64,000 nt of DNA. It comes from Octopus sinensis (taxonomy: Eukaryota). Positions 13,650 through 26,618 of this stretch are shown in pieces. The DNA is taken from assembly GCF_006345805.1 (NCBI RefSeq), contig NC_042999.1:105772001-105836000 (forward strand), read 5' to 3'. Positions within the stretch are counted from its first letter, which is position 1; each line of letters opens with the position of its first letter. The notes under the pieces are model-generated. The model did not search any database. It saw only the letters and a program-made list of their open reading frames with translations, and was not told where the DNA came from. A program made the translations under genes and the position numbers.

Positions 13650-14170
13650 GCAGTTAGCCGAGGTGACAATCAAAAGATTCATCTTCCAGGGAGCCTCATG
13701 TTCCCTCTTCCTATTTGTTATAGCCTTGATCTCACATTCTGTAGCCCTCGCTAAAGTCAAACCGCAGTATCAGCTAAGAAAAAATGGACCTCGTCTCAAC
13801 CACCTGCTTTCCATGGATTATTTGAAACTGTCCACAAAAACAGAGCTGGACAGGTTGCTTGAGACTGTACAGGTGTGCAGCAAAGATACTGGTATGGAAT
13901 TCGGTATCTCGAAGTGTGTGGTGCTCCCTTTGAAACAAAGACAAGAACATATTGTAAGGGCATATCATTGCCAAACGGAGAGAAACGAAGACGCGGATGA
14001 TGGTGGGTACAAGTGCCATGGGATCTAGGAGCTGGACCATCAACATATGGGCTTTTGCTGTAGCCGCTATGGTTCCTCCATCCTGAAATGGATATGACTG
14101 CACATTGAACAAATACATCAGACAGCGTGAAAGAAAACGATATTGCATTGTTCCCCTCCACGGTACATAG
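13650..14170 (+). pseudogene. R4/Dong-clade RT fragment
   Basis: IFQG..SLFLFVIALI, LNHLLSMDYLKL, GMEFGISKC, then AINIWAFAVARYG after a deletion. Confidence 0.8.
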
Positions 14171-14177
14171 TCCTCCT

Positions 14178-14180
<3 letters not shown>

Positions 14181-14231
<51 letters not shown>

Positions 14232-14292
14232 ATTCTAGTAGTAGTAGTAGTAGTAGTAGTAGAAGTAGTAGAAGTAGTAGTAGTAGTAGTAA
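14181..14292. repeat. (CTA)n immediately followed by its complement (TAG)n
   Basis: Seen directly, with a 5-nt spacer tattc. Confidence 0.95.
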
Positions 14293-15014
14293 GACCAGCA
14301 ACGACATCAATCGTACTACTAGTAATAATAGTAGTTGTTTTAGTTGGTGTTATCTACGTTGTGATAGCAACAAAGTTGTTGATTATTCTTATCAGTAGCA
14401 ACAGCAGTGGTAGTAATAACTCTATAACCATTCGTGATTGTGAGAATGGTGTTTTTTATCAATGAAATTGATTAAATAGAATTTGCAAGAATGCGAGAAT
14501 AATACAAGATAAATGGTACATAAAAATTAATATAAATTGCAGACACATCTTTACTTTTATACCAGCCTATTCATTTATTTATTCGCATTTTCGAATTAGT
14601 AATTTAGTATTGAAAGTTATAGAAATGTTTCGTTATTAAAAATGTGTATGCCAAAACGAAATAAATTGTCTAGGAGGTCACCAGACCAACTAAAATTCTT
14701 GTCATATACAATGAACTAAAACATTATTCAAAAATACTTCAAGTGAAAAATTTAGAAAATTTATATCACACTAAATATTTTTGAGCATCTATTATAAGAC
14801 ATTTCATTTTTCGTAAAACAGATTGTCATTTAAATATATTTGTCGGTAGCTGAATAGGTGTAGTCGTAGACTAGTGAATACAGCATAACATCTTCATGTG
14901 TGCCACTTATTTTCTGCTGCGTCCATGCTTAGTAGAATAAAGGTTCTGTTTAACAATTTATTTGACCATATGTAGTAAGGACCATAAATCTGCTTTGCAC
15001 TGGTAAATAGCACT

Positions 15015-15166
15015 TACATTATTTACATTTGAAGGAAAGTTTATCCTCATCTTGTTTGTTGATAAACACTACGTTTCGGCTGATATACCCTTCAAGATCA
15101 GGACAAATATCTGTCGAATATAAATATTGTAAGTAATGTACATAATTCCTCATCTCTTAAATATAG
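15015..15166. mobile_element. Short PLE-type terminal-repeat insertion with inverted 5' part and disrupted hammerhead
   Basis: 9-bp direct repeat AATAGCACT at 15006-15014 and 15167-15175. The left part is the reverse complement of the 37.83-37.92 kb segment; the right part is its forward continuation. Confidence 0.75.
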
Positions 15167-15270
15167 AATAGCACTCAGTTATTAAAATATTTTTCTGGCC
15201 AAGACGGACGTTAGTAGGTGTAGTCAATATATTATATCCTAACGCTTACATAAAAATAGTTATTGACCGC

Positions 15271-15277
15271 AGAGAGA

Positions 15278-15308
<31 letters not shown>

Positions 15309-15329
15309 GGATAGAGGGAGAGAGAGAGC
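15271..15329. repeat. (GA)n microsatellite
   Basis: Seen directly. Confidence 0.95.
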
Positions 15330-15959
15330 AGTGGGTGTATAAATGGTAAGCCACTCTACAATTATTTAATCTCACAACCTAAATATTAATCACTAACGCA
15401 TCTTGTTCTTGGCTGTACGTCTCTTCACTGTATTAGAGATGTTTTGAGTCAATAGCCTCAATCGATTGGCCTGTGACATTATTCCTCATAACATAGTAAT
15501 ATCTTCTAATAATATTATCATTGCAGGCTGAATTATAATGAATTATTGATATTAATTATTAATATTCCTTATTGTTTTTGAATTATTTAATTTCAGCTGA
15601 CTGACCCAAATGTGCCAGATAGTCTACTACGCTCTGCTAATATAAATAATAACAATTACGATTCAAAAAGTAATGATGCTTTATGTTAAAAGTATCAGCA
15701 ATAATAAACTGCCAACATACAAGCATTTCCTTTATCGTGTATAGTACAAGATTTCGCCGTTGATTCAACGTTTATTAAGTGTATTTGATCTTTAAGAGAT
15801 TTGACTTGACGCACCAAATTAACAGGAAAGCGGGCAGTAGGTATGGCCCTTATCAGTACCTCAAATATTGGTAGGGGATAGGGAAGTAGGAAACTACTAT
15901 CAAAGTTGATACCTAAACTGAACGCTTGCAATGCTATGAAGTCTACTAAAGTCACTTAA

Positions 15960-16990
15960 TAATTTAAGTGGTTGCATTAAAATGCACAACCGATTGTCAG
16001 TACCACACAAAGACAGGAAGGGTTTTGCATTTACCAAACATCACTAACAAGATTTTCAGTGACCTGAAGCCACATCAGGAATCATTATTCGAGTTTCGTA
16101 TGCAGTAGATTTTCAACAGAAGCCACTTCATTTCCATCTATTGGATTTTAACCACAAAACAATTTGCATCCGATTTCAATGTCGAAATGTCTGCATTGTA
16201 TGTTTCATGATAATTCATTGTCTCTTATATATTGTCAAGCAAAGTCTGCTTAGTCATTTGTTATCAGTCAGACAACAGTTGTATTTACATGAAAGAATAG
16301 ATGCCTTGTAATAATGTTTATCTTTTCTAATTAGCGTTAGTGGTTTAATTATAGTTGGTATTTTGCAGCATAGAATCAAAACTGGATTGTAAGCATTTAA
16401 GTTCCAACGAATGTAATCGAAAACTAAATCTGTTATTGTGTTTCTAAGATGGATTCTCTGACGTTAAGAAATAATTAGTAAATCTCCAATGGATTTTCCT
16501 TTATTTCATTGTAATTTATGTGTCGTGACAGTATGAATTAATATTAGCACATATGCTTGTGAAAGTTTTATCTCAATGAGATCGTTCAACACTTGTTTAG
16601 GTATCTGTTCTGGGCACTTGCTTTCAGATTTGTTTGTGCTGGAGAAGCAAGCAAATCGATTGACGATAATTTCTGAAATATCAGAAGAAATAACAACATT
16701 CAACAAAATGTATTTCTTTTATCATTGGGTTTAGCTGTACCAATAATCATTGATTTCTCTTCAAGACTGGTGAGAAAGACGCATAAATGCGCTTGCTAAA
16801 TGACGCGGGAAAAATGTATAGGGACAGATGTCCAGGAAGATGAGATTGTGGAGAAGAGGAAATTTAATTGTTCGTAATATGTAACATATCGAAATCATTA
16901 TGCAAATGCACTATTATGTTTGTTTTGTCACAGTTATATTCTATGTAGCATCTGTTGTGTGATCGTCAGAAGGATAAAGTGAATAACCCG
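15960..16990 (-). pseudogene. Possible ancient Chapaev/CMC-type transposase relic
   Basis: Three short motifs in the expected order, two needing an assumed 1-nt indel: DDHTTD(C)Y (~16960), QVLNDLI..LSQ (~16585), G(D)LKILLVMFG followed by CLC (~16060). Confidence 0.3.
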
Positions 16991-18265
16991 TAAACATCCC
17001 AAGTCAGGTGTATATGCTTTAATATTGATGCGATTAATGTTCATTGGCGTAAGATGTGTAATGGTAGAATATTGTGAGGAGTTGTAATGCTATTTCAGAG
17101 AGAAAAGTAATACATTGGGCATACGGTGCTAATTTTACATGTGAAATGTATTACTGCTGGGAAATCGATATTGGCATTTGGAATAAGAGCGCATAAAACT
17201 AGTATTTCAACTAACCAAATATATTTGGTTCCTTAAAAATTTTCCTGAGATTTTGCTTTAATATTGGTTGAATCAAACAAGAATAATATTTTGCATAGTC
17301 GAAATTTTCCAAATATCCGTCAGTTGAATTAGAACACTTCATGATGACACCTCGTCCGTGAAATATATTGTCCACTACACGGCGCTTCCAATATAAGATA
17401 AGCGGGACGAATGAAATATTCAAAATATCTGGAATCATAATATCAAACATTATGCCGTGAGTATAGACCCACTGTATCTCACAATATAAAAGCCAAACCA
17501 ACGAGGAAGTTACCGTCCTACTTCAAAGTAATAGCAAACATTTGTCCATAAAATTATAACTAGCTATAGTTAATATTATTCTGAAGACCATTGACCAATT
17601 AAACGTGATAGACAAAGTTAGTTTTATATTGACACTATTGCCAATATATAAGAGTCAATTAATTATCATAAATTTGAGTGATATACGTCTCACAATTTGT
17701 GTGCTAAGTATTTAAGTAATCTACGCCGATTTGAAATGTGAAAGATTCCGAAAAACGCTACAACCAGAACCTGTGAAATGGTCATATGAATGCAATCAAC
17801 ATTATCCAGGCCCTGAAAAGAAACTTGTGAATTGATAACTGCAAGGGAGTTGAGAGTAAGGTATTCTAACTAACTATTAAGTGAAAATTTAATACATTGT
17901 CCGAGATAGCACAGAAATTGTAAAAATATTAGTTATCGTGTATGCATCCACCCAGTCCAGCTCTGTCTACTATTATTGCTCAATGTCAGCTAGGTTTTGC
18001 TGGATATTGCTACCTTTCACAACAATAGATCAATATCAAGTGTTATATTCTGGAGAAGTCTGTACCACAATAAATATTGATGTTCGCTCGGCTACACTAA
18101 TGTTATTGCCAGAAGATTCAGCACGAAATGGAGAACCTACAAATACTAATGGAAGAGAGAAAAATTTGGATGTTGCCGTGTTGTAAAATGTAACTCGATT
18201 TCTGTCGTCTAAATTTGAAGGAGATGTGATTACATTCATTTATATAACTTGCACGGTGTATTATG

Positions 18266-18481
18266 CACGAGGGAGTGCTAAGAAATTTCTGGCTCTGGGT
18301 AAAAACAAATAGAAGAGGGTCAGTTAATTATGATTTGATTCAACATATTCTTTTCTCACTTTCACTCACTTATTACAGCAGTCAGGTTTTCTAAGACCTG
18401 AAAAACTCACAGAAGTTTGGGCCTGCAAACAAAGCTTTCGCTTTACCTTTCAAGCCATATAAAAAAGAGCTCTCCCATACG
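18266..18481. mobile_element. Mariner-type MITE (~215 bp), degenerate
   Basis: Left end cacgagggagtgctaagaaatttctggct; right end aagccat...gagctctcccatacg is a decayed inverted copy; non-coding. Family recognised from memory. Confidence 0.6.
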
Positions 18482-18649
18482 AAAAATTTGGGCTGGGGCC
18501 ATAGAAGACTTGCTGCCATATCGGTGAAATGAGCATTCTTATACATCGTGGTATTAGCAATTGTTCGATTACATTCGAAATGTTTTCTGGCATTTACAAC
18601 GACACTAAAATGATAACTGTTATCCTTTTCAGTTATCAAAACCCAATCG

Positions 18650-18692
<43 letters not shown>

Positions 18693-18979
18693 TGTTCAGT
18701 GTATACATGTGTGTATATATGTGCGTATGTGTGCATTTATACGTATATGAGCATAAACATACATATATACATATAAGTACAAAAAATGAGTTTTCTATTC
18801 AGTCAAAATATATTTGTATTTATATCGATAATGTATGATATACGTATATCTTCCACTTGAATTTTCCTGTTTTCTATCCAATTTGCATTTATAATGGTTC
18901 TTCAAGCATTTCTTCTGTATAGTAATTTTTTTTTCAAGATATATCTATGCCCATCATTGTTTTACTGTTACAATTATTC

Positions 18980-19041
18980 TTGCCGGTTTTCGTGTTGATT
19001 ACGATGTTGTTTTTTTCACTTAACTTGTTATTTTTCATCAC

Positions 19042-19076
<35 letters not shown>

Positions 19077-19196
19077 ACAACATCATCATCATAATCATCA
19101 TCATCATCATGAACTTCATTTTCTTGCACTTTTATACAATCGTTACTACTACTGTTACTACTACTACTACTACTACTACAATAACTACTACTACTG

Positions 19197-19248
<52 letters not shown>

Positions 19249-19329
19249 ATCAACACACTCGTTACTACTACTACTACTACTACTATTACTATTGCTGCTG
19301 CTACTACTACTACTACTACTACTACAACA

Positions 19330-19395
<66 letters not shown>
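18980..19395. repeat. Compound (CAT)n / (CTA)n microsatellite block
   Basis: Seen directly; source of the poly-M/I/T/L/S ORFs. Confidence 0.95.
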
Positions 19396-19396
<1 letters not shown>

Positions 19397-21544
19397 GACA
19401 ATGCGATATAAGTTTCGGTGTTGGTTAAATTCTACTATTGTTAAATTTATTTCATACAGTATTATTTCTGGTAATTTACTAAGCAATTTAGCATTCTACC
19501 AAATGTGAAAATAATGAAATTGGGAAAATGATCAATAGTTTGTAGACAAGTAAATATGAAATATATATAGTCTATTTATATAAAATTCAATAATGAAAAT
19601 ATCAGTTTGTATTTTTCCTGAATTACCTTATGTTCAGTTTACTATTACGTCTACAGATTAAACATAATATACAAATATTCTGTGATATTGTGAACGAATA
19701 AATAACATTCAAATAATAATTTTTAAAATATTGTCATATGACATTGGAAGGCTACATGAATGGCTGTACTGTCGTAACTGATAACAGGTAAGAATCTTCT
19801 GTGAGTGTTATGTAAGTAATTAAAATTGCAGTTAGGTATTAAGAACGTATTTCTAGAGGATAAAATTTGATTATAGCTTTTTCAGTACTGAGTATTACTA
19901 ATCAGACATCCAATTTTAGTAAGACAATCCACTTAGAGTAAGAATGCAATAAGTAGTTGTATTGTAGGGTATATGTTTTCGCTGTTTTGTATACTGTAAC
20001 CATAATGTTTTCAATTCATCTGCACTGCCCGTGAATTGAAAATTTATTGAATTCTGCATAATATCTAGACATCCAGACACCACGACAAAATACTTAAAAT
20101 GTAATCTTCATACTGCACCATCTACATTTTCTTGGTTATTATATTTCCTACAAAATTCTTCTTAGTAACATTCAAGTTGAATATCATTCCATTGAGCTGT
20201 CTAATCTGGGAATACACTGTCTATAGTAAGAACATATTTCTCCATTTAGAAAACTGCTACATGATAGAGTAAGTAATAATTTTCCTGACCGTACTGTGAC
20301 TAGACCTTCTTTTTTTCAAACGCTGTTAGGTAGGAGAGACTAAAGTATTTTCCTGCACCATATTTAATTGCAGTTACATATCGTGATCTTCATATGACAA
20401 AGCTGACCACAACTGCAGGTGCGCTCAAAATAATACCACAGAGGCGGCCATAAATATATACTTATTATGGCTTTCATGCTTCTAGTTGTAATGGAAAATT
20501 GTATATATAACGGTTTTGGATTTTCCCAACTTCACAGCTACAACTAATATAACTTATCGGTTATTAAGGCACAGAACATTTGTTCCATCAGTCGTTAAAA
20601 CCCACGTATTTATTGGTGAGAAATACTTTTATGTGACTATGAATCTTTTCTGCATTCAATCCAAACGCACCCATTTGTACATATCTTCCTGTGCATGAAA
20701 ACACATACATAATATATGTATGTACAGATAAAACAGAAAGCTTTAGCAAGTTTATAACGGTATATTTTATACAGCACCAGTCCAACATCTTACGTTTCGC
20801 TTGCCTGTCTATACTTAATGTTGCCAAGATTATGCTATGACATGTAGCTGCATATTACAAGAAAGTTGTTTAAATTTTTCAGTATTGACATCAATGTATT
20901 TGTCGTTTGTTATATCTTCTACTCACTGTTAATAGCCAATCGCGCTATAATTCCTTTGTGTGAAGAGTCAATTATCCGATATTCTCAGCTTCTTTAATTA
21001 CTTTCTAAACTTTTACGTAACCACTCTGATAGGAAAGTTTATGACACTGGTAGATGTGATACAGTTACGATGATAATGATGATAATGATGAAGGAGGATG
21101 CCCGGCATGACAACGGTGACATGTACGATGTTAATGATAACGATGCTAATAATGAGATGGCGGTGCAAAATTCAGGGTCCTCAATTAATGCTGTTATTTG
21201 CGAACAATACTAGGAACATATTCATAAAGGTAACATTTGCCACAATATTTTCTTGGCAGTTTTAACGATTGGCTCAATGAAGAAACGCATTCCTTACAAG
21301 TAGTTGAGCGTAAAGCTGCTTCTTAATTATAAAACGACTCAAATTAAATCATTAATCAGAACTCGCAGGTGCAGCTATAACTTTCAGTAAAGTTAGACGC
21401 ATCGGTCTCTTTATTGGAGATTGTACAAATCAAGTTGCTGTGGGCTACATCTCAAGTACTACTTAGAAATACTTTATCGCAGAAAGGACACGATGCATAC
21501 CCCTAGGCAAAGCGTATTATCTTTGTTTTCATATATCCATAACC

Positions 21545-22060
21545 ACTATCACAACCACCAGATTAAACGCGATCACAATTATTGTACCCATTGCTGTTGT
21601 CCTCATCGTCAAATTCAACATCATCGTCGTCGTTATCATCATCATCATTATCATCGTCTATGTCGTCGTCATCGATGTTGTCGTCGTGATCATCATCACC
21701 ATCATCATCATCATCATCATCATCGTGACCATCATCTTCATCGTCATTATCAACACCATGAGCAGCGTCATCGGGACCTTCATTTTCAAATTTTCATTAG
21801 CAACATTACTAAGGATCTTATGGAAATAACCACCTAAAGCAAACCAGATTATCAATAGTAGCATCTGCTACATCAATCAATTTCACAATCATTATCGTCA
21901 TCACAGTAATCAACATCAGCACCACTTTCAGAATTACTTCATCCAGAATGCTACTACCAAAACTACCACCGCAAACAAAAGCAATACTAAAATACTGATC
22001 AAGATCAACGTCGTCGTTAGGAGTATCCTCATCATCGCCGTTGACAGCTTCGTCTTCGAC
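21545..22060. repeat. Decayed (CAT/CGT)n low-complexity tract
   Basis: Seen directly; source of the His/Arg-rich ORF. Confidence 0.85.
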
Positions 22061-22669
22061 ATCTCTGTACTGTCATGCTCATATTCTAGGTGATAATTGC
22101 TTTAGGTACTGGCAAAGTAAACTAAGTTTTTCTACCACGTATAATCCTTCCTTGTCATTTATTCGCTATATTTATCTTGATTTAAAGTAACACATATCCG
22201 TTGATAAAATTGGTTGATGTTAGTAATTGTCTGATGAAGATAATATAATTTGTTATTACTGATATATAAAACCTTTGATGCCAAACTATATTAAAAAATA
22301 AGTCTAATACGAAACAATAGCGTTCATGTAGATGTACATGAACTAATATACTTACAAATAATAGAACATATATTAATGAAATACTATAATATTGTGTAAT
22401 ATTATATCTACTGTTGTATTTTGCTTTTTGTTACAAATAAGTCGTGATTGATCATATATGATCATTGATTTCCAGTGAAGACCATCGTATTATTATGCAT
22501 ACCCATGCACACCTTTTCGAATGGGTTTGTCGTTTTCTACGACACATTGGTATTTAAAGCTGAGACGGATGTTCATATCTCTGCGAGAGATATACATATA
22601 TAAACACACATATCAATATAGATATATATTCTATGTATATATGTTTATGTGCATATATATGTATATATG

Positions 22670-22676
22670 TGAATAT

Positions 22677-22728
<52 letters not shown>

Positions 22729-22767
22729 TATGTATGCATATATCAATATATGTTTGTAGGTATATAA

Positions 22768-22816
<49 letters not shown>

Positions 22817-22859
22817 TATGTATGCATATATCAATATATGTTTGTAGGTATATAAGATG

Positions 22860-22904
<45 letters not shown>

Positions 22905-22905
22905 A
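22670..22905. repeat. (TA)n array containing a perfect 52-bp duplication (period 88)
   Basis: gtatgtgttatgtatgcatatatcaatatatgtttgtaggtatataagatgt starts at both 22721 and 22809. Confidence 0.9.
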
Positions 22906-25900
22906 TGTATCTCGTATACACGTTTTCGTTTCTAGTGGGATGAACGAAAACATGGTTTTCAATACGACAAGCGGCTCAACTACATGACTGAAAGAAGTAT
23001 ATGATATACAAACCCGATTACATTTTCTATTTTCAAATTAAGCGAAGTATTCTACGCGAGATATAATATCAGTTGATGTATCTTTGCGACAGGTATCCAA
23101 GTTTATCTCGGTTGGATCATTTAGAATAGCGAATGCAGAGATGTAAGGGAAATAAGGAGAAGAGTGTTTCATTCGATTCAAAACTCTCAGCAAGAGCAAA
23201 AGACAAGATAGGAGGAACACGTAATTGAAAGAAAATAACTTAGAACGAAATATTGAAGTGCTTTACAATACGTCTGCTTTTTTTCATTCGTTCATCCAAC
23301 GATGCCTTGTCATTGCTCGCAAACCTGTTGAGATGGAATGTGTCCAAGAGTGATAAATGCAAATTTGGTAAAGTAGGAACACTGACAGATATCCTTTCCA
23401 TATGTTCACTTGTGTTGTACGGATATGCCAGGAGACACAATCTGGCTCATAAGATCTTATTCAATGCTGCAAATGACCCATTTACCCTAATCGACAATTG
23501 CAAGAAACTACAGGGAAAACAATCAACGACTAAAGATTGCATTACATTCCTGCATCCATGACAACAGATCTGATTAAAGAAGCACCTTAAGAACGAGTAA
23601 AAGTCAAACGGCTATTGGTAGGTGGATGTAGATTCTTCCCCATTCCTGTTAATTAAAAACTATATATTATCATATCGTGCGGTAAAAAGAAAATAGAACG
23701 TCTAGCCGAGAAAATGGTTTCTTATGAGGATAACATGAACGCCACTCGGACTCGAAAGATCTATTATTATAAACAGCTCCTCGAGTAATGTGAAGATGTG
23801 AAGGTGCAGGTTGGAAAACAGAGCATTATTCAATTGAAATTGGATGCAGAGGATTCATTCGAAACACTGGGAGGTGATGGATGATGTCGTTAGGCCCAAC
23901 TTGTCGTAAAACAAGTACTAACTAGATTGATATCCAGCCTAGAGTGAAGAAGGCAAACCACAAGATTTGGTTAAAAAAAGATGAGCAACAAATACACCTA
24001 AATATCATATCAACACATTAGTATACTCTATTATATTTAAATAAATAATACAATACAACATCATTTTTCCATTTTGACATCATTATATTACCTTCGTTTT
24101 CTCTATTTCCAGTCACACTGGAAACCATGTTTATGTAAACTCCATCAAATAATTATGTATAATCGTCTCTATATAATTCATTTTGAAACAGTTTCTAATG
24201 TAACCTTGAAATTTACTTGTTGATATAACTAAAGTAATTCATAAGATTACGTTGAAAATTCTGTCTCTGATAATGATGTGGTCTCAGTAATACTGTGTCT
24301 CTTACTAAATAACAGATACACACGTATTTATTGAAATATATCTGATTAATTGATTAGATTTGGTTACGGATATGTCACTGAGAAATGTAAGTTTTATTCT
24401 AACCGGTTGCCTTTTGTGTCTGTTGTCGAAGAACTCTCATTATTTATCCTACTCTCATTCAGAAATCTGAGTAATTCTACTTAAAGGAAAATTCGGACAC
24501 TTGACAAAATTTTCTTTGCATCAATTCAAGTACTGATTGTAGCTTTCTGAATAGAATTGCTGTATAAGAGATAGAGAAAAGCAAAAGAAAAGCGAAGACA
24601 GGAAAAAAAAACGATATAGATTTCTTTAGCAATTGTTCACTTTATGTTCCCAACATATATTTAGAATATTGAATAATCTCTCGTTATCAATAACTATGTT
24701 CTGTAAAGGCAAGTTTTAATATTGTTAATATTACAATGTAAGTTTCCTACCACAAGCTAACAGAAAAAGACCCCCACAAAACACTTTTAATTAATATTTA
24801 AAGTTATAATTTCTCTTTGTTTTTATTTTATTTTCCTACCCATTGCTATATTTTAACAAAACTAATGGGTTATTAAAAAACATGCTCAACTGAAGGGGAA
24901 AAGTTTTACTCGTAATAAATTTGAATCTCGTAAATATCTTTATTTGATCAATATATTCATCCATAATCATTATAACTTCCTCGATATTCCTGAAAATCAT
25001 GTATTGCTTATACAATTAAGGTTTAGCCATTCTTCGTAGTGAAAGTCATAACCTGAATTCACATGCTATTATTTTTTCCCCGTTAGAAATTTTGTAGCAT
25101 TTCACATATATATGGAAATCAATGCTATATAATTAATTATACATAGTCACCAACAGAGAACGAAACAAAGATTAAGTGCCCTTTAGTAAGCTGAACAGGA
25201 ATGTATTATTGCACTGCTTTGTAATTACAGGCAGTAGAATACTGAAACATTGGTTTTGAAAAGATGCCAGGATATGATTCAGTTACTTATCAAATAGTAC
25301 AATTATTCTTCTATTATGAAAGACTAGAGGTTCTTAGGGTCCCTGAGGTTACATCTGTAACGTGTTTAGTCAGTTATCTCAATATACCTTACTTTTCAGA
25401 AATAAGCTCACATTGTATTATGAAATTGACTCGTTCATGTACAATAACGTGTCCGACTATCTGGCTTTTATTTGTTTACTTGATATATATAATTTTGGTG
25501 AATGATTCAACTATGGGTAAATTAAGAAACACAATTAGAAATAACTTCCGACATGCATACAACATTAGTTATTTCTTCTATAATATTAAAGCGTATTTAA
25601 ACCTTGTTTGACGAGTTACACCTTGACGCAATTTGATTATTGTCTGCAGTTTTAAACAATTGAAATAAATATTAGGCCGCCGTAAAATTACTTAACATTT
25701 CTTCTATTATGAATTGCATTTATTGAAATATTTCATACGAAAGTACATTCCCAACTAGTATAGTCACTAAAATTACAAATTATATTGGATCTAACCTACA
25801 ACAAACAGTATGAGTATCTATACCTGTGGGTCATTCAACTTTTCTCTCGTTACAAGTGCTCGACACAAAACGATATTACCCTCAGCCTTCCTACCTACAC

Positions 25901-25992
25901 GGATTCTATGGAAATACAGCTCAGCAGAATATTTGAATCTCTATTAGATTTTATGCTAGCCACACTGGTAACAAACATGTTTTAATCCTTAC

Positions 25993-26069
25993 CCTTCAAA
26001 AACAGCTAGAGGGTGGTTGAAACTAGATATACCACATGGAATCATTCCACAAAAACTAGGTCGGGTGTC
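25993..26069 (-). CDS. Candidate internal exon, 77 nt, phase 0 to 2 (weak)
   Basis: Pyrimidine tract then tacag acceptor, AGG|gtaagg donor; frame DTRPSFCGMIPCGISSFNHPLAVFE. Confidence 0.2.
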
Positions 26070-26305
26070 CTGTACTCGCATATATGCGATGCAAATGATG
26101 GGGAAAAAATCAAAGAGCAGAAGGCATGAAAAATGTCATCCACGACCAGAATTTTGGCGGAGTTCAAATGGTAACTCAAAAAATGTAATTCATTATTGAA
26201 CTTCCAAATAATGCCTTTGAGTATTACACAGCGACAATATCGGCAATTGTACAAAATGGCTGACGGTTAGTAAGGAGATACACAAATAAGAAAGAAGAAA
26301 ACAAG

Positions 26306-26350
26306 GGACCACTGATGCGGTCACAGGAGTGTGACGAAAGAACTCTGTCC
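26306..26350 (+). ncRNA. Type I minimal hammerhead-ribozyme-like motif with one core substitution
   Basis: GGACCA-CUGAUGC-G-[GUCACA ggag UGUGAC]-GAAA-G aa C-UC-UGUCC: perfect 6-bp stem II, 2-bp stem III, 5-bp stem I with one bulge; conserved A9 is C. Confidence 0.55.
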
Positions 26351-26525
26351 GGAATAAGATTAAGATTAATGTAAAGAATAAATAACACTGAAGCAAGGTA
26401 ACACCAAATATATAGTGCGTGCGTTTTTATTGGCTAAACTGGCAAAATGACCATTCCGAAATATAATAATATATGTTTCAACACACGACTTCACATACAA
26501 AATCTTGCGCAACAAATATATAAAC

Positions 26526-26528
<3 letters not shown>

Positions 26529-26618
<90 letters not shown>

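Noticed and set aside
18036-18239. Minus-strand ORF with a strong pyrimidine tract and GSPF (filamin-like) motif
   Set aside because: A four-residue match only; the rest does not resemble a filamin repeat.
18934-19411. Poly-amino-acid ORFs here and the many YIYIYI ORFs elsewhere
   Set aside because: They are stop-free frames through microsatellites.
20794-20847. 54-nt minus-strand exon-like segment encoding TCHSIILATLSIDRQAK, reminiscent of a GPCR TM3 DRY motif
   Set aside because: The motif is DRQ, there are no other helices, and its phase (1-1) does not fit the candidate exon chain. It shows how easily such segments arise by chance.
23038-23561. Overlapping 60-102 aa ORFs in unique sequence
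   Set aside because: No recognisable domain, and the exon interpretations conflict.
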